A program made the translations under genes and the position numbers. The notes beneath the pieces were generated by a model that was given only the letters and a program-made list of their open reading frames with translations, did not search any database and was not told the DNA's origin. A stretch of 64,000 nt of DNA from Coleofasciculus chthonoplastes F2-STO-03 (GTDB lineage: Bacteria > Cyanobacteriota > Cyanobacteriia > Cyanobacteriales > Coleofasciculaceae). Position 1 is the first letter of the stretch. Each line of letters starts with the position of its first letter. This document shows, piece by piece, positions 58,100 to 64,000 of this stretch. The stretch covers positions 1 to 64,000 of the forward strand of contig JAVJWO010000046.1 in assembly GCA_040222015.1 (NCBI GenBank), in the 5' to 3' direction.

Positions 58100-60559
58100 T
58101 CATTTGTCATTTGTTCTATTAATTACGAATAATAAAGGGCTAAAGCCCTTACTACAAACATTACTACAAACAATTAAGGCGATCGCAGAGGGTACTAGGG
58201 GTATCCAATACCCGTTAATTAATAAAATTAAACTGAGTCCTGATAATAGGATTAATGCTGTACTGATGGATAGAATTTGGTATCGGCGTTTGGGGATGAA
58301 TTGAACCAATAGTCCGCCAATTAAGGAGCATCCCCCAATCCACAATATATCACTCCAGAAATGCCCAGGTTGAATTAAGGGACGTTGATCGAGTACCGCG
58401 CTGAGAATCTGACTCACCCCATGCGCCTGAATTTCTAATCCTCGCATTTCTCCGTAAGGGGTATGGAAGCTATCTTTGATACTGGTGGCGGTAACTCCAA
58501 TTAATATTACCCGATTTTTGACCCATTGGGGATTAATTTTACCTTGGAGAACCTCGGTTAATGTCACGGATTGGGCGATGGGTTGAACCGCACGGTAATT
58601 AAGGAGGATTTGTTGACCTCTGGGATCATACCGTTGATATCCGCCAGCACGGGGTTTTAAATCGGCAAAAATAGTATCTCCAAGCTGCAAGTTGCCGTTT
58701 TTGGCGGTAAAGGTAGGTACTATAGTCTCGGCGGCTAAATAGCGAAAGGCGAGTTGAACGTTAAGGGCGTAGGGGGTGGGACAAGGTGAGGTTGAAGGGA
58801 CTTTTTGATATAATAGCTGGCGGCGTAATAGACCAATTTCTGTGTTTTGGCTGTCCACTAATACATTGCTAAAGCCGAGAGTTTGCCAGGGAAGATTGAG
58901 GAAAGAAGCGGTTCCTTGATCGCTTTCACTGCTAACCTTACAGATATGAATTACTCGATTGGTTTGGTGCAAATAGGTGGGTAAATCCAGGGAAGATTCT
59001 CGCTGTGTGTCGCGATAGTGAATGGGGTTATCTCGATAGATATCTAAGCCGATTACTCGCGGTTGCATTGATTCTAGTTTCTGCAATAATTTGACTAGCA
59101 CGTCATCAGATAACGGATAGCGGTAGTTGTTGATATCGGCTTCGGTTATTTTCACTAGTAATAGGCGCGAGTCTAAGGCTTCGGCTGGGCGCAACCGGAT
59201 TAATCCATCCAAGGCTTGCAATTCTAACCCTTGCAATAAACCGAGCGATCGCACTCCAATCACCGCAATGCTGACAACCCCACTGAGGATCGGAATTGTC
59301 CAAGCTGGGGTCTTGACAGAATGGTCGTTTTGTGATGGAAGTTGAGCGTTGACCCATTGGCGATTAAAGATGGATTGGTAGATGGGGTTATGAACTCTCA
59401 GTTTACCCTGACGCTGAATCACTAATCCTGAGAGTAGCAATTCCTGTTGGGCGTGACTTTCATCGGCGGGGATTTCCCCCTGGTGTAAGATTTGTTGATA
59501 GAGGCGGAGTAATGGGATAGCGCTATGATGACTGAGGAGGATGCGATCGCGTATAGTTCTTAGATGTTCGGGATGATCCGTGAATTCCCAGTTTAGCAGA
59601 ATCTGCGATCGCACGATTTGTGTCACGAATTCCCGTTCATTGTTGTCGCGATGGATTTTACCCGTAAGGCTTCTCGATAAAACCCTTAACGGAACGAAAC
59701 CCACCCTACTGAGAGTTTTCCCTATAAAATTATCGCAGTAATCGATAACTCGATTCACCCTACTCTTGTTGATAATTGGGTCTAACTGAGACTCACAGGA
59801 CAGTTGCACCAACTGACACAATTTTTGGGTGAGAAAGGGTTGACCCGCTGTCCAATATAATATCGCTTCCAGCACCTTTCGCGGATGCTTAACCCTTCCG
59901 GCAAACCCTTGGGCTAAAACCAATGCTTCATCCAGTTTAAATCCCTGTAATTCAATCGCTTTACCAATATTAAATGGTGTTTTGATTTTATCTTGGATTA
60001 AATCATACGGGCTGGCTACTCCTAACAAAGCAAAGGTTAAACGTTGATAGCGTTCATGGGTATCTCGTCCATTATAGTAGGCTCGAATTAAGGCAAAAAA
60101 GTCATCGGTTGGAAAGGATAAACTCAGCGTACTATCAATTTCATCGATAAAAATGACTAAATTTTGAGGAATAATATCCAGCACAACCGCTTCAATAAAC
60201 TCCCCTAAACGCTGCACAGGCGATAAGGAGTCCTGCTCATCCCACCACAGTTTCCATTTGACACGAGTTGCTAGTTGTAATTCACTGACTAAACGATAAG
60301 CAATTCCCTTATACCATTGTTGTTCATTCGCCTGACGCCCAATGCGAGTTAAATCAACTACCGCACAGGCAATTCCTTCAGCTTCCAAACGTTTTTTTGT
60401 TTGTACTCGTAAGCTTGATTTACCCATTTGCCGGGAATTTAGGACATAGCAAAATTCTCCGGATTTTAATCCTTCATAGAGTTGTTGATCCGCCGAACGC
60501 ATTACATAACTGGTTGCATTCGGTGGTAAACTTCCGCCCACATGGTAGTCATTTGTCAT
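58100..60559 (-). CDS. AAA_35 ATPase fused to CHASE2 sensor with TM helices
   Basis: YVMRSAD...LNSRQMGKSS, IFIDEID, TPFNIG; then LELQALD..IRLRP.E..D.R, VIGLDIYRD, GLEIQAH..SQILSA and three TM helices. Confidence 0.9.
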   Translation of the reverse strand: MTNDYHVGGSLPPNATSYVMRSADQQLYEGLKSGEFCYVLNSRQMGKSSLRVQTKKRLEAEGIACAVVDLTRIGRQANEQQWYKGIAYRLVSELQLATRVKWKLWWDEQDSLSPVQRLGEFIEAVVLDIIPQNLVIFIDEIDSTLSLSFPTDDFFALIRAYYNGRDTHERYQRLTFALLGVASPYDLIQDKIKTPFNIGKAIELQGFKLDEALVLAQGFAGRVKHPRKVLEAILYWTAGQPFLTQKLCQLVQLSCESQLDPIINKSRVNRVIDYCDNFIGKTLSRVGFVPLRVLSRSLTGKIHRDNNEREFVTQIVRSQILLNWEFTDHPEHLRTIRDRILLSHHSAIPLLRLYQQILHQGEIPADESHAQQELLLSGLVIQRQGKLRVHNPIYQSIFNRQWVNAQLPSQNDHSVKTPAWTIPILSGVVSIAVIGVRSLGLLQGLELQALDGLIRLRPAEALDSRLLLVKITEADINNYRYPLSDDVLVKLLQKLESMQPRVIGLDIYRDNPIHYRDTQRESSLDLPTYLHQTNRVIHICKVSSESDQGTASFLNLPWQTLGFSNVLVDSQNTEIGLLRRQLLYQKVPSTSPCPTPYALNVQLAFRYLAAETIVPTFTAKNGNLQLGDTIFADLKPRAGGYQRYDPRGQQILLNYRAVQPIAQSVTLTEVLQGKINPQWVKNRVILIGVTATSIKDSFHTPYGEMRGLEIQAHGVSQILSAVLDQRPLIQPGHFWSDILWIGGCSLIGGLLVQFIPKRRYQILSISTALILLSGLSLILLINGYWIPLVPSAIALIVCSNVCSKGFSPLLFVINRTNDK

Positions 60560-60624
60560 TTGTCATTCGTCATTTGTCATTTGTCATTTGTCATTTGTCA
60601 TTCGTCATTCGTCATTCGTCATTC
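60548..60624. repeat. Heptamer STRR-like tandem repeat (GTCATTT/GTCATTC)n
   Basis: About 11 copies visible; related tracts near 15062, 16223, 24551, 48733 and 58078. Confidence 0.9.
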
Positions 60625-60747
60625 TCGTTCCCAGATATACCGTAGGGTGGGCATTGCCCACCAGACTTAAGTCAATGACATTCCTCTTAAGGGAATGCTA
60701 TTGGGGAGGCTACGCCTCCCGTCAAAGGCTAAAGCCATTACTACGAA

Positions 60748-62085
60748 CTACGAAACCTCCCCAAAATTCGCCAAGCGAGAACCAAAATAGTCACGATAAA
60801 GCTCGCATCGAATCATTACCTTATTTCCCGTTAAATTCACCAGTCCCAAACTTTCTAGCTGATAAGCAAGTTTAGAAGCTAATTCCACACTCTGGCTTGC
60901 CTCCAGCACTTTTTTCAGCGCCGGAATCAAGGCTGGATTGTCCTGCAATTCGCGCCAAATCTTTCGTAAATCATTCCCATAAATCCCTGAATCCGTCGCC
61001 GCTTCATTCAATAGCTGGGTTAAGGTCATCGTTCCAACAGTTTGTAGTCCAACCAAGGCTTGTTTAATTAAACCCGGATTTCCTCCCACCCGATTCATTA
61101 ATAAATTAACATCAGCCTGACTTAATCCCTGTCCATGCTTTTGGGCTAACTCAGTCACCTGTTCGGCTGTAAATTCGGGCAGAGCAATCGTTAATCCCAC
61201 ATTAAACGGTGAGTGATTGATATCCAGCGGAATATAAGCTTCCGTCGAATGAGACACAATTAATCGCAGTTTTTGCCAATTATCAATGATTTTACTATCT
61301 TCATGCCATGCCCGCAGCATACCAAAGAAATCTTGGGCAATAGGCAAATGCGAGAAAAGGCGATCAACTGTATCCAAACCTAAAACGAGGGGGCAATCAA
61401 TTTGTTCTAATAAATAGTCCTGAAAATAAGCCGAACAGTTATCATTACTACTGAGATCCACATCCCAATAGTCCTGGAGTTGTAGCGGTTTTTGTAGCTG
61501 ACGACTGACACTGATACACAACCAACGCAAAAATTGATCTAGATCTTGCACCACCGATTCTTCCGGTTGGCACAAATTTAAATAGACTTTGTGATAGCCT
61601 TGTTGTTGAACGGAATTCAAAACTCTTGCCATTAACTCCGTCTTCCCCATTTGTCGTGATGCTTTAATCCGGATCAACGCACCGGGTTCAAAAAGTTTTT
61701 TATAGCACAGCGATTCAAGCGGGGGACGTTCAACATAAGGAGAATTGGCGATTGGATAGGGATGACTTCCCGCCGTTTTGTTCATCCATAGAGTGCTATT
61801 CCCTTGACAGAGAATATACCCCTTTTTTAACCAATCTCTGACCATCTTAAATTTTCCCTTTTTATCGGTACTTAGCCGAGGACAACTGGTGACTAAATGA
61901 GTATACACTCCCTTTCCCAGTCGCCGTTGCAGTGTCACTTCACTAATATTCAAATCCTGTGCTACCTGAATATCAGAACGGGGTAAATTCCGCTCATTAA
62001 ACCGAACTAAGAAAGCTTGTCGCTCATCTTCTTCAAACAAATCATGAGCATCAGCGACTCGTTTTAGAAATGCATCCCACAACAT
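60748..62085 (-). CDS. HTH plus AAA_35 domain protein
   Basis: N-terminal VAQDLNISEVTLQRRL HTH, YVERPPLE, IKASRQMGKT, SPFNVG. Confidence 0.87.
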   Translation of the reverse strand: MLWDAFLKRVADAHDLFEEDERQAFLVRFNERNLPRSDIQVAQDLNISEVTLQRRLGKGVYTHLVTSCPRLSTDKKGKFKMVRDWLKKGYILCQGNSTLWMNKTAGSHPYPIANSPYVERPPLESLCYKKLFEPGALIRIKASRQMGKTELMARVLNSVQQQGYHKVYLNLCQPEESVVQDLDQFLRWLCISVSRQLQKPLQLQDYWDVDLSSNDNCSAYFQDYLLEQIDCPLVLGLDTVDRLFSHLPIAQDFFGMLRAWHEDSKIIDNWQKLRLIVSHSTEAYIPLDINHSPFNVGLTIALPEFTAEQVTELAQKHGQGLSQADVNLLMNRVGGNPGLIKQALVGLQTVGTMTLTQLLNEAATDSGIYGNDLRKIWRELQDNPALIPALKKVLEASQSVELASKLAYQLESLGLVNLTGNKVMIRCELYRDYFGSRLANFGEVS

Positions 62086-62186
62086 ATAGCCATTTCCCTG
62101 TAATAATCGGTAGGCGCGAGTTTAGTCTATACCTAGAGGATACCACCGATAACTTTTCCACAAAACCCGCCCTGACTCAAAACGGT

Positions 62187-62235
62187 GATACCTTTTGATA
62201 CCTTTTGATACTTTTCGATACCTTTTGATACTTTC
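62187..62235. promoter_or_regulatory. 10-bp direct repeat x5 (GATACCTTTT) in a divergent promoter region
   Basis: GATACCTTTT GATACCTTTT GATACTTTTC GATACCTTTT GATACTTTC. Confidence 0.55.
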
Positions 62236-62753
62236 TGCAAATTTCCGTGCTATAGGTTAGCGGGAAAATTGATAGGTTGCGGGGGGTTAAGGTGAGTCAG
62301 TCTGTTCTTTAATAAGGATAGTCAGAACATCCACGAATTGGATCTAGGCAAGCCTAATCACGCCGGATTTCCCATTTTCCAAGGACAAAGGCAAAATGAC
62401 ATAAGACGAACCTGAGTTTGTATCAGTTTATAAATAAAACGCACCCCTTTATACACGATGCAGTATTCTAGTCGTAGGGTGCGTTAGCAAAGCGTAACGC
62501 ACCGCATCAGACTTGAGTTTTCAGGGAAGTAGCCGTGCTAAATTTAGTGCCTTAACTTAGCTGACAATGGTGACATCCTAGGACTAGGTTACAGAAAGCA
62601 GGCAACATCCAAGCTAACCCGATTTTGATTTCGTTCCAAGGGATTAACCGACTTACGTTGATAGGCTAAAGCTCTGACTACAGCCACGCCATAAAACCTA
62701 ACAAAATTTAGGGCTAAGGTTCCCTGACTCCATAACAGTTTAAGGAGAAAGCT

Positions 62754-63686
62754 ATGTCTAATCGTAATACAGTATTAATTAGCGCAAAACTGATTAGTTT
62801 AACCGCTGCAATGGGCTTAATTTTTCCCACAGGAGAAGCCGCAAAAGCCGCCACCTTTCGAGCGTTAAATGAAGGAGCTACTATAAATGTCTTTGAAGAA
62901 TGTCTCAACGATGGCGGCGTAATTGATATCGACAAAAAACCCAGACCAAAACCTAGTGATGACGCCCCCTGGGATCATAGTCCAGATTCCCCTAATGATG
63001 GCGTTGATGGCAATATCATTGGTGGCAAAGATAATCGCTATGAACTCTACGGGATGTCTGTCAAAGAAACCGTTGATAGCATTTTGGTTGTCCTCAATGG
63101 CAATATGCCTTTAACTGGTGTGGATGGAACGGGTGCAGATGACGCTAATACGGGTTGGGGTGATTTATTCATCAACTTGACGAATCAAGACTTTACCACC
63201 GCCAGTGACGCGGGTGATTTATTTGCCGTTCGTTTCTCTCCCAACAGTGATTCCGGCGCACCCCAAGTGGGTTTATACGCCAATGTCACCGCCAAAAGTG
63301 TTACCGGAGAAAACAATGGTTTTGGCAGTATAGCAGCCTATAATAATGCTGTGGTTACCCGAGACTGTATTCCCGGTTTATGTGAACCCAGTTTCGGGGA
63401 TTTACCCGCCACAACAACCTATTTTGACCAAGCCCAAAGTCTCAACTCTATTGCATCGGGAGAGTTTATTGCCGATATTATGTATCTGAGTGACTCTGAT
63501 TTAATAACGGCGGGGTATGACTTAGATCAGTTTGATGGCAACCACAATATTGCCTTTAAGTTTGACAAATCCGGTATTTGTGAACGAGATTACTGTGAAT
63601 CTGTACCTGAGCCAGGTACCGTCTTTGGGTTAGCCACCTTCGGCTTAATTTTTGCTAGTCAAATCCGCAAGCGTCGTCGGATGTAA
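62754..63686 (+). CDS. PEP-CTERM (exosortase-dependent) surface protein
   Basis: Signal peptide, acidic body, C-terminal VPEPGTVFGLATFGLIFASQIRKRRR. Confidence 0.9.
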   Translation: MSNRNTVLISAKLISLTAAMGLIFPTGEAAKAATFRALNEGATINVFEECLNDGGVIDIDKKPRPKPSDDAPWDHSPDSPNDGVDGNIIGGKDNRYELYGMSVKETVDSILVVLNGNMPLTGVDGTGADDANTGWGDLFINLTNQDFTTASDAGDLFAVRFSPNSDSGAPQVGLYANVTAKSVTGENNGFGSIAAYNNAVVTRDCIPGLCEPSFGDLPATTTYFDQAQSLNSIASGEFIADIMYLSDSDLITAGYDLDQFDGNHNIAFKFDKSGICERDYCESVPEPGTVFGLATFGLIFASQIRKRRRM

Positions 63687-64000
63687 AGTCAGGGATTCTT
63701 GAGCCTTAGTTTTTAGAGTATGTGGCACAACGAAGGGAAGTAAGTTAGTTGAGTAGGAGATAATGTAGGGGCGGGTTTCACTACATCCGTGTCAACTTAA
63801 GCCAAAACCCTTGTCAATTCTGGTTTACAGCTATTCAAGAGAAGCATAGCCTCAACCGAGACATTTCCTTACAGCACTTTCCGCTCTTATGAGATACGTT
63901 TGATCCCCCTAAATCCCCCATGCAAAAAAAGCTCTCGTATCCTCTGTCCTCCGGAACGAGGGGGGGGTTGGGGGACTTTAACGGTAGCAGGGTGTGTTAA

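Overview
Chromosomal window from a filamentous cyanobacterium (inferred from abundant HIP1 GCGATCGC octamers, heptamer STRR-like repeats and cyanobacterial gene families). Left part (1-27.2 kb): three large multi-PAS/GAF/Cache histidine kinases, an HNH nuclease plus partner gene, a CDF transporter, valS, ilvN, an M23 peptidase, birA, pgeF and small membrane proteins. Right part (43.8-64 kb): alpha/beta hydrolase, nucleoside hydrolase, a protein with a phycobiliprotein-like domain, a haemagglutinin(TPS)-CHAT-DUF928-AAA_35/CHASE2 cluster and a PEP-CTERM protein. The centrepiece is a ~16.5-kb integrative element (27291-43804) in the 3' end of tRNA-Phe(GAA), bounded by a perfect 48-bp direct repeat. 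It carries a tyrosine integrase, an XRE switch and an unusual replication protein (DnaB N-domain, AAA_25 helicase, wHTH, ASCH, repeats) containing a dense GATC cluster that may be the origin. It also carries a TIR-TM and DUF5131 cassette and a tightly coupled operon of virion-like genes (collagen fibre, receptor-binding-type tip, paralogous small proteins, FHA protein). I recognise no terminase, portal, HK97 capsid or packaging ATPase, so it is a candidate unconventional provirus or satellite. All domain calls are by eye from motifs; no database searches were run.
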